Source: Leptolyngbyaceae cyanobacterium (lineage in GTDB: Bacteria; Cyanobacteriota; Cyanobacteriia; Phormidesmidales; Phormidesmidaceae). Taken from it: 64,000 bases of DNA. Shown here piece by piece: positions 10,516 through 20,600 of this stretch. The position numbers were made by a program, and so were the translations under genes. Under the pieces are notes generated by a model. It searched no databases. It saw only the letters and a program-made list of their open reading frames with translations, and was not told the origin of the DNA. The stretch's first letter is position 1; every line of letters begins with the position of its first letter. Location of the stretch: contig CBDHHL010000032.1 in assembly GCA_965263355.1 (NCBI GenBank), forward strand, positions 64,001 through 128,000. Reading direction: 5' to 3'.

Positions 10516-12231
10516 TTAGCGCACGTAAATATGGATAAAACCATTGTTATTACGCTCAATACTGCCAGTTAACCCATTGTGCTCAAAGGGAAACTGATTC
10601 ACCTGACCCGTACGCACCTGTTCTAGACCAGCTTCAATTTCTCGGGTTGACTGACCATCCAGCATACCGGTCAGGGCTGTTCTCATAATCAGACGATCAT
10701 AGGACGGGGCAAAGGCAGCTTCAGTTTGTTGAATTGTATTGCCAGCGTCATAACTATAGGCGACAGTGGCGCGGTTAGGGGCAAGCTCGTATACGACGGT
10801 GGTGGCTAATGGGGAAATGGATTGTCTTGTAGGCTCCCCTAAACGATTAGTCACGGTGGTGGCAGTGGTACCAGGGGCAAACCCAGGAACAGAGACAATG
10901 TTACCACCACCAGGAGTAGCATTGTTAGGATTGCCGCTGTTCCCTAAGACTAATGGCGGCGCTGTTGTGGGTTCTACTACCGTCGTTGCTGGCGTTTCGG
11001 GTGGCTCAATCTCGCTGTTTTCTGGTGTTGTCGGTAGGTCTGGCAAGACCTCTTCTAACGTTGGCAGCTCAACCTCAGGTAGACTAACCTCGGGAACGGA
11101 GACCTCAGGCAGTTCTGCTGTTTTTTCCTTGACATTGTTGACAGTTTGCTGGGCCGTTCTATATAACCAGTATCCAGCCAACCCTAGCCCTGTTAACAGG
11201 CCTAATATAAACAGCGATAAGACTGCTTTAAACAGGCTCATAAAGAAACCGGACCCCTGTTTTTTGGGACGTTCTGGTTGTTGTTGGAGGCGTTCTTGCG
11301 ACTGTTGTTGTTGAGGAATGTCTGTACCGTCTGGCACAAGGTAGCTATTGTGTCCGTAAGCTGAGGGACCTCTGGGGGCAACAACCTGGGTGGGTTGGGT
11401 GGTGCTCTGGTGTTGTCTGCCGCGTCTGCCCCTGGCAGACAATAGCGTTAACCAGGTGGCAATGGATTGGGGACGCTGAGCAAGGTCTAGGGCCATACCT
11501 TGCAAAATTGCTTGCTCTGTATCAGGACTCAGGTTCGGGGTGAGTTGTCTGGGCGGTGTGAGTGGGTGGTGCGATCGCAAGACAGAGGCCACCGGGACCT
11601 CACCCGTCACGGCAGCATAAAGGGTAGCAGCCAAACCATACACATCTGAGGCTGCTGAGCGTCGTGCTTTCGACAAATATTGCTCCAAGGGGGCATAGCC
11701 TTCAGATACCAAATTCGTATGGGTTTGCGTTTGGCCCACAGCCAGCTCTCGAGCAATGCCAAAATCAATCAAAATCGCACTATCTTGATTAATCATGATA
11801 TTTTGAGGCTTTACATCCCGATGGAGTAGCCCTTGATTGTGAACCGTCTGTAAGGCACTGGCAATTTGTCTGATGTACTTGACGGCCAACTCTTCTGCCA
11901 GTGGTCGGTGAGGAAAAATCATCGCTGACAGCGGTTGCCCTGGAATAAAATCCATCACCAGATACGGTTGTCTCGACTCGATAAAAAAGTCAGTGACATT
12001 GACGATATTTGGATGTTGGCATTGGGCTAACCGGCGGGCCTCTGCCTGAAACTGCTGTAGCTGTTGCTCTGAGTCAGTGGCTGACCAGCGCAAGGTTTTA
12101 ATCACCACCACTTGATTGAGGGTTTTGTGCACAGCCCGATAGGTCACGCCAAAACCACCGCGCCCCAGCTCATTCTCGATAACATATTTGCCGTTTTGGA
12201 GACTGGTGCCCACCAAGTTTATGCTATTCAC
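10516..12231 (-). CDS. Membrane-anchored Hanks-type Ser/Thr protein kinase
   Basis: LGRGGFG, VVIK, HRDVKPQN, DFG, GYAPLEQ, SDVYGL; TM segment LFILGLLTGLGLAGYWLY; Pro/Glu-rich linker and a C-terminal domain. Confidence 0.93.
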   Translation of the reverse strand: MNSINLVGTSLQNGKYVIENELGRGGFGVTYRAVHKTLNQVVVIKTLRWSATDSEQQLQQFQAEARRLAQCQHPNIVNVTDFFIESRQPYLVMDFIPGQPLSAMIFPHRPLAEELAVKYIRQIASALQTVHNQGLLHRDVKPQNIMINQDSAILIDFGIARELAVGQTQTHTNLVSEGYAPLEQYLSKARRSAASDVYGLAATLYAAVTGEVPVASVLRSHHPLTPPRQLTPNLSPDTEQAILQGMALDLAQRPQSIATWLTLLSARGRRGRQHQSTTQPTQVVAPRGPSAYGHNSYLVPDGTDIPQQQQSQERLQQQPERPKKQGSGFFMSLFKAVLSLFILGLLTGLGLAGYWLYRTAQQTVNNVKEKTAELPEVSVPEVSLPEVELPTLEEVLPDLPTTPENSEIEPPETPATTVVEPTTAPPLVLGNSGNPNNATPGGGNIVSVPGFAPGTTATTVTNRLGEPTRQSISPLATTVVYELAPNRATVAYSYDAGNTIQQTEAAFAPSYDRLIMRTALTGMLDGQSTREIEAGLEQVRTGQVNQFPFEHNGLTGSIERNNNGFIHIYVR

Positions 12232-12534
12232 CCGTTGCCTCTGCGTCGTTTCACAGCCTCACGTTTAACATAAAATCTCCTTTCTTGCATGACATTAGCG
12301 ACAGCCTGAAAACTGTGCCACGACCTTTAAGACGAATGTGGCCGAAAAATATATATTGCTGAACAGGTAGATCGTTACAATCACCTATGGCTAGGGGATT
12401 AGCCCTGAAAAGGGCAGCAGGTGTCTAAACGTGATGCCGTAATCTTCTTTAAAGTATCTTTATGATTAGGATAAATTTGTGCTTTAATGTCCGCTGGGAC
12501 GGATATTTTTCAGAGTTTTCCGGAGTTCTTGTTC

Positions 12535-12963
12535 ATGAAGTCTGAGCAAAAGCAACGTCTTTCTAATGCCAAAGAAAATATTAAAGCAGCTCAGTTACTT
12601 GCCCATAGTCAGTTTTACGATATTGCGATTTCCCGTGCTTACTACGCAATGCTGTACGTGGCAGAAGCTTTGCTTTTAGATCAGATGTCTACCATACCTA
12701 CGCAGCATGAAGCTGTTAATAGTCTATTTTTGGCACAGTTTTCTGCGAAGATACCCCTGTTTCAGCCCTATGGCACTTACTTAAATGATGGCTTAAAGGC
12801 CAGGTTGCGGGCGGACTATTCCCATACTGATAAGGCAACGTTGGCGGTTGCTAAACAGCATATTAACCGTGCTAAAGCATGTTTAGATTTGGCCAAGCAT
12901 TACCTGAGCACAGAGCTAGTATCAGCAGCACCAGCCGGGGTAGGTACTGGGCAACGCAGTTAA
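12535..12963 (+). CDS. HEPN domain-containing protein
   Basis: AISRAYYAM...H..V...RLRADYSH pattern. The start is 12535 (MKSEQ) or 12487. Confidence 0.8.
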   Translation: MKSEQKQRLSNAKENIKAAQLLAHSQFYDIAISRAYYAMLYVAEALLLDQMSTIPTQHEAVNSLFLAQFSAKIPLFQPYGTYLNDGLKARLRADYSHTDKATLAVAKQHINRAKACLDLAKHYLSTELVSAAPAGVGTGQRS

Positions 12964-13055
12964 GCCACCTTAGAAATTAGGGGCTAAACCACATCCAAGT
13001 TGTAATCTAGAGTTTCCTCTACGGCAAAATTGCAGTTCTGGAGGTGGGGCAAGGT

Positions 13056-14465
13056 TTATTTATATTGGGCTTGCTGACGCCGCTCGGCAAGTTTGAGTAA
13101 CGTTTCAGCATGGGTTGCTTTAGTAATTGGATAAAAGTAGGCCAATGCCATGCCACCCAGCAGTAAAAACAGGGGCACAGGGCCGATAAATATGCGAATA
13201 GCCAGCAACGCAGAATCCGTTTGGATGGCTAGATCTTGATCAAAGCCTGAATAGGCTAAGGCCAGACCAAAAAGGGCAATCCCCCCAGCTAGACCCAACT
13301 TTTGTAGTAAGGTCATAAATGCATAAAAAGCACCTTCACTTCGTCGTCCGGTTTTAAGTTCGTTGAGTTCAATGACGTCTGGCAAAATTGACCAGGGAAC
13401 GACATAGGCCGTGGCCACACCAAAACTTGCCACCAGACACAATAGATACATGATGCCTAGTTGACCCGGTTGGAGGAAAAATAAGCCGATCTGCACCAGG
13501 ATCCAAACGCCACCCCCTAAAAAATAAACGCCTTTTTTACCAATACGTCTAGCCAGAAAGTTGCAGACGAACAGCATAATGATGGCTGTGCCCTGCACAA
13601 ACAGTAGCGCTAAAAAATAATTTTGATTACCCATCCAAAAAGTTACATAGTAGGGTAATACAGCGGCTGTAATCTGTAATGCCAACCAAGAAAATAGATA
13701 AATGCCAACAACAAACAGGAAAGGGCGATTGCTAAAAACAACCTTAAGTTGTTCTAAAAATGAGTCGTCATCGCCCTCTTGTCTACTATTGAGTGAACGC
13801 CCCAAATAAGCAGCGTGCCGTTGGTAGTGACCAAAGGTACCAAAAACACACCAGTAGGTTGTTGCGATGACAATTAATCCTCCCAAAATACTCAGTATTT
13901 GATATTGCAGTTGGAGGCTTTCAGTCCGTTCGCTAACAACAGCCCCTAACGCTAAAATCAGTACGGCTCCAACCAAAGAAAATGCCAACCGAAACGATGT
14001 TAGTTCCGTACGGCTGTCATAATCTTCAGTCATTTCAGCAGTTAACGTGGAGTAGGGCAGATTTGTAGTGGTGAAAAAAGACTGAAACACCATAAACGCA
14101 AAAACGTAGTACCAAAATAGTGCTGTTTGGCTCCTTAACTCCGGTACAATCCAGACAAAATAAAACGTGACTCCAAAGGGGATAGCAGTTAATGTAATCC
14201 ATGGATAACGTCGACCCCAGCGACTCTTCGTCCGGTCACTCAGCATCCCTACGAGGGGATCGTTTATGAGGTCCCAGATTTTGCCAATAGTGACTACGCC
14301 GCTAGCTAACCATGGCTCTAACCCAGCGACATTCGTTAAAAAGATCAAAAACGAAACGGCCAGCAGGTTAGATGTGAGGCCTGAGCCCATATCCCCTGCG
14401 CCATAGGCCAACTTGGTAGACCAGCTCAGTTTGGGAGGATGTGATGGTTTGCCTGAAGTTTCCAT
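13056..14465 (-). CDS. MFS transporter, glycoside-pentoside-hexuronide (MelB-like) family
   Basis: KLAYGAGD, WDLINDP, SDRTKSRWGRRYPW, RSEG; about 12 hydrophobic segments. Confidence 0.92.
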   Translation of the reverse strand: METSGKPSHPPKLSWSTKLAYGAGDMGSGLTSNLLAVSFLIFLTNVAGLEPWLASGVVTIGKIWDLINDPLVGMLSDRTKSRWGRRYPWITLTAIPFGVTFYFVWIVPELRSQTALFWYYVFAFMVFQSFFTTTNLPYSTLTAEMTEDYDSRTELTSFRLAFSLVGAVLILALGAVVSERTESLQLQYQILSILGGLIVIATTYWCVFGTFGHYQRHAAYLGRSLNSRQEGDDDSFLEQLKVVFSNRPFLFVVGIYLFSWLALQITAAVLPYYVTFWMGNQNYFLALLFVQGTAIIMLFVCNFLARRIGKKGVYFLGGGVWILVQIGLFFLQPGQLGIMYLLCLVASFGVATAYVVPWSILPDVIELNELKTGRRSEGAFYAFMTLLQKLGLAGGIALFGLALAYSGFDQDLAIQTDSALLAIRIFIGPVPLFLLLGGMALAYFYPITKATHAETLLKLAERRQQAQYK

Positions 14466-14668
14466 AGTGCGCGCGATTGCTAGAAATTATTAAATCATCT
14501 GTAGAATGAGGCTCAACCCTGACTGTACTGTCACACCAAGCGTCACACTAGACTCTTTGTACGTTGCCACAATTTAGAACAGTAATCTCAAGCAAGATGT
14601 CTGTCCTAATGACTATGGCAACGCTATATTATTGCCCTATTTGTGTCATCCTTTCCTTTTAATTACCG

Positions 14669-15223
14669 ATGTCAGCCACTTTTGATCTATCAGCTTCGAA
14701 CGTTTCCACCGACGCCGATCTGTATGTTTCCTGGGCAGATTACTATCAGGCCATTGAAAATTTAGCGATCGCAGTTCATACATCAGGATGGCAATTTAAT
14801 CAGATTGTCTGTTTAGCCAAAGGCGGTCTAAGGATTGGCGACATCCTCTGCCGTATTTATGAGCAACCCCTGGCTATTCTCTCAACGTCATCCTACGGCG
14901 GCGAAGGTAATCGTACCCGTGGGGCAATTACGTTTTCTAGAGACCTCAGTATGACGACGACTAATCTTGGCACCCATGTTCTTTTAGTCGATGATTTAGT
15001 GGATTCAGGCCAAAGTTTACAACGCAGTATTCGTTGGTTAGAACACCGTTATGGATTCTACATTGATGAGATTAAAACTGCCGTACTTTGGTACAAAGCC
15101 TGCTCAGCGATTAAGCCTGATTATTATGTTGAGTATTTAGAAACCAATCCTTGGATTCATCAACCATTTGAAAAGTATGAAGAGATGACTATTGATACCC
15201 TTGTTCAAGATAGAGCAGGTTAG
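14669..15223 (+). CDS. Type I phosphoribosyltransferase (purine salvage, Gpt/Hpt-like)
   Basis: PRPP-binding motif VLLVDDLVDSGQS; PDYY...WIHQPFE. Confidence 0.88.
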   Translation: MSATFDLSASNVSTDADLYVSWADYYQAIENLAIAVHTSGWQFNQIVCLAKGGLRIGDILCRIYEQPLAILSTSSYGGEGNRTRGAITFSRDLSMTTTNLGTHVLLVDDLVDSGQSLQRSIRWLEHRYGFYIDEIKTAVLWYKACSAIKPDYYVEYLETNPWIHQPFEKYEEMTIDTLVQDRAG

Positions 15224-15346
15224 GCTGAACCAGCATGGTGCAATCAATTCTATTAGTTATTGAAAGGCAATTATCTACTCTTAAAACCTATGTCTTTACT
15301 AACGGGATTTTCTCTTTCCCGGCTCTGTTGAATTAAGATAAAAACT

Positions 15347-16414
15347 ATGGTGCAAAAAAATCAGTTCCTGGCTCCATTTATGATGGTGTTAGTAGCACTT
15401 GGAATAATTGGTGCAGCGTTTGGATTTATTTCAAATAGTATGAATCCAAACGCTAGTGACTCTCAAGTAAATATAAACCTTGAGGAACCCCCAAAAACAA
15501 CGACGACGCTAGCACAACGTTCTCTAGCACAGCATACCGGCACCGTACTAAGTGTTGCGATTCACCCAGATACTTCTCTATTGGCTAGCGGTAGCTATGA
15601 CCAAACAATGAAGCTATGGGATCTAAACACAGGTAAAGTACAACGTACCTTCAACCATGCAGGGCGAGTGAATAGTGTGGTGTTCACCCCAAATGGACGA
15701 TATTTGCTCACAGGTAGTGGTGATGGTGACATTATTGTTTGGAATCCTGAAACTGGTGCAGAAGAACATCGCTTTTCAGGACGTTCCGGTAGAATTTTGA
15801 GTCTGGCGGTTAATGCTGATAGCTCTCTCATAGCCAGTGGCAGTAGTAACGGCACTATTCGTCTGTGGGATCTTGAAAAAAGACGTGAAGATACCACCAT
15901 ATTGGAGTCTGGCGCATCGATTAACAGTTTGACATTTTCTCCAATAAATTCTCAAGAATTAGTCAGCGGTGATCAAGATGGTGTTGTTACCCTCTGGGAT
16001 GTTGAAACTGAACAGTCTGTGCGCACTTACAAATCGGGGACAGACCGCATAACGGGTGTTGCTGTGAGTCCCGATGGCCAATATATTGCCAGCAGCAGTT
16101 ATGATACCAACGTACAAATTTGGAATTTGACAACAGGCACTACCGAACAAACCTTAAGTGGACATGACTTTGTTGTTGCCAATGTCGCGTTTAGTGTCGA
16201 TGGAGAAACCTTAGCCAGCAGCAGCTTTGATGAAACTATTAAAGTATGGAACTGGCAGCAAGCCTCAGAACGCTGTACTTTACGCGGACATTCTGGGTTT
16301 GTTTATGGTCTTGCCTTTAACCAACAAGGAACTGTATTAGCCACTGGTGGCTATGATGGTTTGGTAAAAACTTGGCCCCTGACAGATAAACAGACGGGAT
16401 GTTCGGCTGGTTAA
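15347..16414 (+). CDS. Membrane-anchored WD40 repeat protein (about 7 divergent repeats)
   Basis: N-terminal hydrophobic helix; repeated H..V..VA.SPDG..LASGS.D.TIKLWD units that are divergent at the DNA level. Confidence 0.9.
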   Translation: MVQKNQFLAPFMMVLVALGIIGAAFGFISNSMNPNASDSQVNINLEEPPKTTTTLAQRSLAQHTGTVLSVAIHPDTSLLASGSYDQTMKLWDLNTGKVQRTFNHAGRVNSVVFTPNGRYLLTGSGDGDIIVWNPETGAEEHRFSGRSGRILSLAVNADSSLIASGSSNGTIRLWDLEKRREDTTILESGASINSLTFSPINSQELVSGDQDGVVTLWDVETEQSVRTYKSGTDRITGVAVSPDGQYIASSSYDTNVQIWNLTTGTTEQTLSGHDFVVANVAFSVDGETLASSSFDETIKVWNWQQASERCTLRGHSGFVYGLAFNQQGTVLATGGYDGLVKTWPLTDKQTGCSAG

Positions 16415-16426
16415 GGGTTGAACTCA

Positions 16427-16480
16427 TCTTAAGTTCTAAGTTTTAAGCTATAAGGCTAACTCAAAACTTAGAACTTAAGA
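16427..16480. repeat. Heptamer-based hairpin (STRR-like), possible terminator
   Basis: 18-bp arms tcttaagttctaagtttt ... aaaacttagaacttaaga, built from TAAGTT(C/T) units, just after the WD40 gene stop. Confidence 0.6.
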
Positions 16481-16592
16481 TTGTAACTTGACGCACAAAG
16501 TGTACAACCCGCTTTAAGTTACTACCCATGTATTCAGCAGATTGCGATAAAGACTCTTCTTATAACAAATTTGAGTTCATTAAGCCTGATTA

Positions 16593-16829
16593 CTCATGGT
16601 TCGCTCAAAATAGAGAGGAGTTGAAAAGTTATCCTGTTAGCGCAAGATAAATATCATCAGATACCCCCAACAGCAGTAAGATAGGGTGTTGTATCTCAGA
16701 TAAAGTAGAGAGGAACCTTTGGACCACACCATTAATCTCCATGATGGTTAGAGTAATCCCCCGAAAAGCCCGTAGTAGTTCAGACGTCGGTTGGCTGGTT
16801 GCCCGTTTTGGATTCCCCGCATAAAGACG
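16593..16829 (-). mobile_element. IS1634-family transposase remnant (3' end only)
   Basis: Minus-strand 16829..16629 translates to RLYAGNPKRATSQPTSELLRAFRGITLT...LSTLSEIQHPILLLLGVSDDIY, matching my recollection of the C-terminus of cyanobacterial IS1634 transposases. A candidate element end lies near 16593. Confidence 0.65.
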
Positions 16830-17020
16830 GCACTGGTTCCGTCAGGTGGGAAGCCTATATCCTTTGCGTGAGAATAGTTAAACGGCATATCGAATCGATA
16901 ACAACTGTGACCATGAGAGTCCCTTGTCCAAAATCCCTATGCGGACAGCAGGCACCTGTTTTGTGGTGAAATGAACCCGCTAACATTGCCAACCATGGTT
17001 TGTGGTCAATCAATGTCGGA

Positions 17021-17084
17021 TTTGTTGGGTTGATATAGGGTAGTCAAAAGCAGAGTTTTTGGCGGGGTTGCAACCCAATCTACG
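17021..17084. repeat. GTAG-type REP-like element (long loop), inverted partner of 17410..17475
   Basis: The reverse complement reads cgtagattgggttg...caacccaacaaa; 17410 reads cgtaggttgggttg...aacccaacaaa. Confidence 0.65.
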
Positions 17085-17102
17085 CGGGATTTTCTATGGT
17101 TT

Positions 17103-17140
17103 CCCCTGTAGGGTCATTGCATGCAATGACCCTACAGGGG
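17103..17140. repeat. Perfect 38-bp palindrome, GTAG-type REP-like
   Basis: cccctgtagggtcattgca|tgcaatgaccctacagggg. Confidence 0.85.
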
Positions 17141-17163
17141 GGATGCCAAAGGTCCAAGTTAGG

Positions 17164-17292
17164 TTATTCAACGCGGATGCGTTTGGTCAAAATTGCCATT
17201 AGTTCATTGGGGCGTCCGGTGGGTAGGGGGTTGCTCCAATCGTTGGGTTCGGCGGAGTTGAGTTTGTGCTTGGAATCTCCGGGGTCAGTCAT
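17164..17292 (-). CDS. Possible 42-aa small protein or gene remnant
   Basis: My translation: MTDPGDSKHKLNSAEPNDWSNPLPTGRPNELMAILTKRIRVE*. It is GC-richer than the flanks and below the ORF-track cutoff. Confidence 0.3.
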   Translation of the reverse strand: MTDPGDSKHKLNSAEPNDWSNPLPTGRPNELMAILTKRIRVE

Positions 17293-17338
17293 CGGTACGG
17301 TGTTGGTAGCACTTGCCGATGGCGCAAAAGCAAACTGA

Positions 17339-17616
17339 GTTAATTAGGGTGTCGCAATTGGTGATAATGATTGGGTTATAGTTGAAACGGTGAACCATAG
17401 CCTATACCTCGTAGGTTGGGTTGATACCCCTATGATCTCTCCATCAACCGTCTTGCACCCATAAAACCCAACAAATTCAACATTGATGATATTCCATATC
17501 CATAATGATTGGGTTACGGGTGTGGAATGTAAAAATGTTGGCAATGTTGGGTTAATTAGGGTGTCGCAATTGGTGATGATGATTGGGTTACGGGTGTGGA
17601 ATATAAAAATGTTGGC
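17339..17616. repeat. Overlapping ~40-bp direct repeats
   Basis: gttaattagggtgtcgcaattggtgat(a/g)atgattgggtta at 17339 and 17551; atgattgggttacgggtgtggaat(g/a)taaaaatgttggc at 17505 and 17579. Confidence 0.75.
17410..17475. repeat. GTAG-type REP-like element (long loop)
   Basis: cgtaggttgggttg...aacccaacaaa. Confidence 0.6.
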
Positions 17617-17629
17617 TTGATGCGAGAGA

Positions 17630-20600
17630 TTAGTCTTGTTGCAAGGGTGGGACTCCGCAAAGGGCGCGATCTTCATCGTTGTATTTCGGATCAGGATTGT
17701 TGGTCAGAAAAGGTCTAAGATGCTCACAGGCACTGGCCAAAAGCTCATCTAGCCTATCCCAGGCATACAGAGGCCAAAGTGTCATCACATTGTCCTCTGT
17801 TAGAGCGATATATCGCCAATCACCACGAATATCAAAATTTGTACCCTCATATTGTGCAATTTGATTGCCGTTGAGGTCCCACAGACGCGCCGTGCCATCC
17901 TCCCCGCTCGTGGCGATCTGCTGACCATCCGGACTGAACGTCACCTGCAAAACACTCCCCTGATGGCCATCAAACTGCTGGATTTGATTGCCGTTGAGGT
18001 CCCACAGACGCGCCGTGCCATCCTCCCCGCTCGTGGCGATCTGCTGACCATCCGGACTGAACGTCACCTGCAAAACACTCCCCTGATGGCCATCAAACTG
18101 CTGGATTTGATTGCCGTTGAGGTCCCACAGACGCGCCGTGCCATCCGCCCCGCTCGTGGCGATTTGCTGACCATCCGGACTGAACGTCACCTGCCAAACA
18201 CTCCCCTGATGGCCCTCCAAACTGCTGGAGTTTGATTGCCGTTGAGGTCCCACAGACGCGCCGTGCCATCCTCGTGGCGATCTGCTGACCATCCGGACTG
18301 AACGTCACCTGCCAAACACTCCCCTGATGGCCATCAAACTGCTGGATTTGATTGCCGTTGAGGTCCCACAGACGCGCCGTGCCATCCGCCCCGCTCGTGG
18401 CGATCTGCTGACCATCCGGACTGAACGTCACCTGCCAAACACTCCCCTGATGGCCATCAAACTGCTGGATTTGATTGCCGTTGAGGTCCCACAGACGCGC
18501 CGTGCCATCCGCCCCGCTCGTGGCGATCTGCTGACCATCCGGACTGAACGTCACCTGCAAAACACTCCCCTGATGGCCCGTCAAAACAAGGGGCGTGTTT
18601 TCAGTATTAACAGAAATTGAATATTCTCCAATTGCTCCTTCAGCATATGTTGTTGCTATGACCTGATAAGAACCATCATTAGGTAACTGAAAAACAATTG
18701 CTGAATTGAGTTCTGAACCACCATCATCATCACGTGCAAGAATATTACCTTTGCTATCGACTAAGAAAAGAAAAGGATCAAACGAATCACTAGTGAGAGA
18801 GATGGAAACTATCTGATGTGCTTTTCCTGAGAATTTATGGCTTGCGTAATGTCTGCCTTCCCGTTCAGAGAAGAAATCAGACTCCGTAATGAGTTCACCG
18901 TCATCACTAAATATGGATTTTGATTTATATGTCTCTAATCTACTCAGATTCCACAGCCTTACTGCACCGCCGCCGCTTGTTAGAGCAATTTGCTCGGTTA
19001 TGGGATTAAACAATATAGATAGAACACTGTACATACTGTTGATTTGATTGCCGTTGAGGTCCCACAGACGCGCCGTGCCATCCTCCCCGCGCGTGGCGAT
19101 CTGCTGACCATCCGGACTGAACGTCACCTGCAAAACACTCCCCTGATGGCCATCAAACTGCTGGATTTGATTGCCGTTGAGGTCCCACAGACGCGCCGTG
19201 CCATCCGCCCCGCTCGTGGCGATCTGCTGACCATCCGGACTGAACGTCACCTGCAAAACACTCCCCTGATGGCCATCAAACTGCTGGATTTGATTGCCGT
19301 TGAGGTCCCACAGACGCGCCGTGCCATCCTCCCCGCTCGTGGCGATCTGCTGACCATCCGGACTGAACGTCACCTGCAAACACTCCCCTGATGGCCATCA
19401 AACTGCTGGATTTGATTGCCGTTGAGGTCCCACAGACGCGCCGTGCCATCCTCCCCGCTCGTGGCGATCTGCTGACCATCCGGACTGAACGTCACCTGCA
19501 AACACGCCCCTGATGGCCATCAAACTGCTGGATTTGATTGCCGTTGAGGTCCCACAGACGCGCCGTGCCATCCTCCCCGCTCGTGGCGATCTGCTGACCA
19601 TCCGGACTGAACGTCACCTGCAAAACACGCCCCTGATGGCCATCAAACTGCTGGATTTGATTGCCGTTGAGGTCCCACAGACGCGCCGTGCCATCCTCCC
19701 CGCTCGTGGCGATCTGCTGACCATCCGGACTGAACGTCACCTGCAAAACACTCCCCTGATGGCCATCAAACTGCTGGATTTGATTGCCGTTGAGGTCCCA
19801 CAGACGCGCCGTGCCATCCTCCCCGCTCGTGGCGATCTGCTGACCATCCGGACTGAACGTCACCTGCAAAACACGCCCCTGATGGCCATCAAACTGCTGG
19901 ATTTGATTGCCGTTGAGGTCCCACAGACGCGCCGTGCCATCCTCCCCGCTCGTGGCGATCTGCTGACCATCCGGACTGAACGTCACCTGCATCCGGAAAC
20001 ATGCCCCTGATGGCCCGTCAATTGAGTTTCACGAACATTATTTAAACCTGTTTGTAATGCTAATAGGGGACTCGCTGCCAGGTAATTTATTCCATTCGCC
20101 TTAATTATGTCATTGGCTTCTTTGGATAGCTTAAATGCCACAAATAAACTTTCTGACTGCTGGGCCTCAAACTTTCGAGATGCATTTACACCAGCCCTCT
20201 CCAAATTAGTCACCCGTCTTACCAATGTGGCCTCAAGTCTTGCGCTCTCCCGTTCTTCAAGGGCCGCAACCTCTGCCAATCTAGCAACCTCTAAATCTCT
20301 CTCAGCTTGCTGACTCGCAATTTCAGCTTCTGTTACTTTTGCCTGAGCACTTTCAATTGCTGCCTGGGCCTCCTGTTGTTCCGCTTTGGTCCGCCGATCA
20401 ATCTCTTTCAGACGAGTATTAGCCTCTTCAACTGATTTCTCAGCCTTTTTTACCTTTTTATCAGCTGCCTGCGCTCTCCTGCTAGCAATGTTTTGCCGAA
20501 ACTCTGCCACTTCAACATCGAAACCGGCTTTCCGTTGTTTCAAATTAGCCCAAATTTCTTGCCTATTTGCTTTCCATGTAGTGAGCCCAGCGTCCAAAGT

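Noticed and set aside
16831..16990. Possible end of a second IS element (cactggttccgtcagg...)
   Set aside because: It abuts the IS1634 remnant, but I found no partner inverted repeat or transposase frame to support it.
17339..17616. ~40-bp direct repeats with a 74-bp period as a mini CRISPR array
   Set aside because: Only two copies of each motif, overlapping and irregularly placed; this fits a local duplication better.
17852..20010. Plus-strand repetitive ORFs (MAIKLLDLIAVEVPQTRR...)
   Set aside because: They are antisense shadows of the WD40 repeats.
17859..20015. 123-bp tandem repeats as a CRISPR array or DGR template/variable repeats
   Set aside because: There are no unique spacers, the units encode WD40 blades, the differences are not adenine-specific, and no cas or reverse transcriptase gene is in the window.
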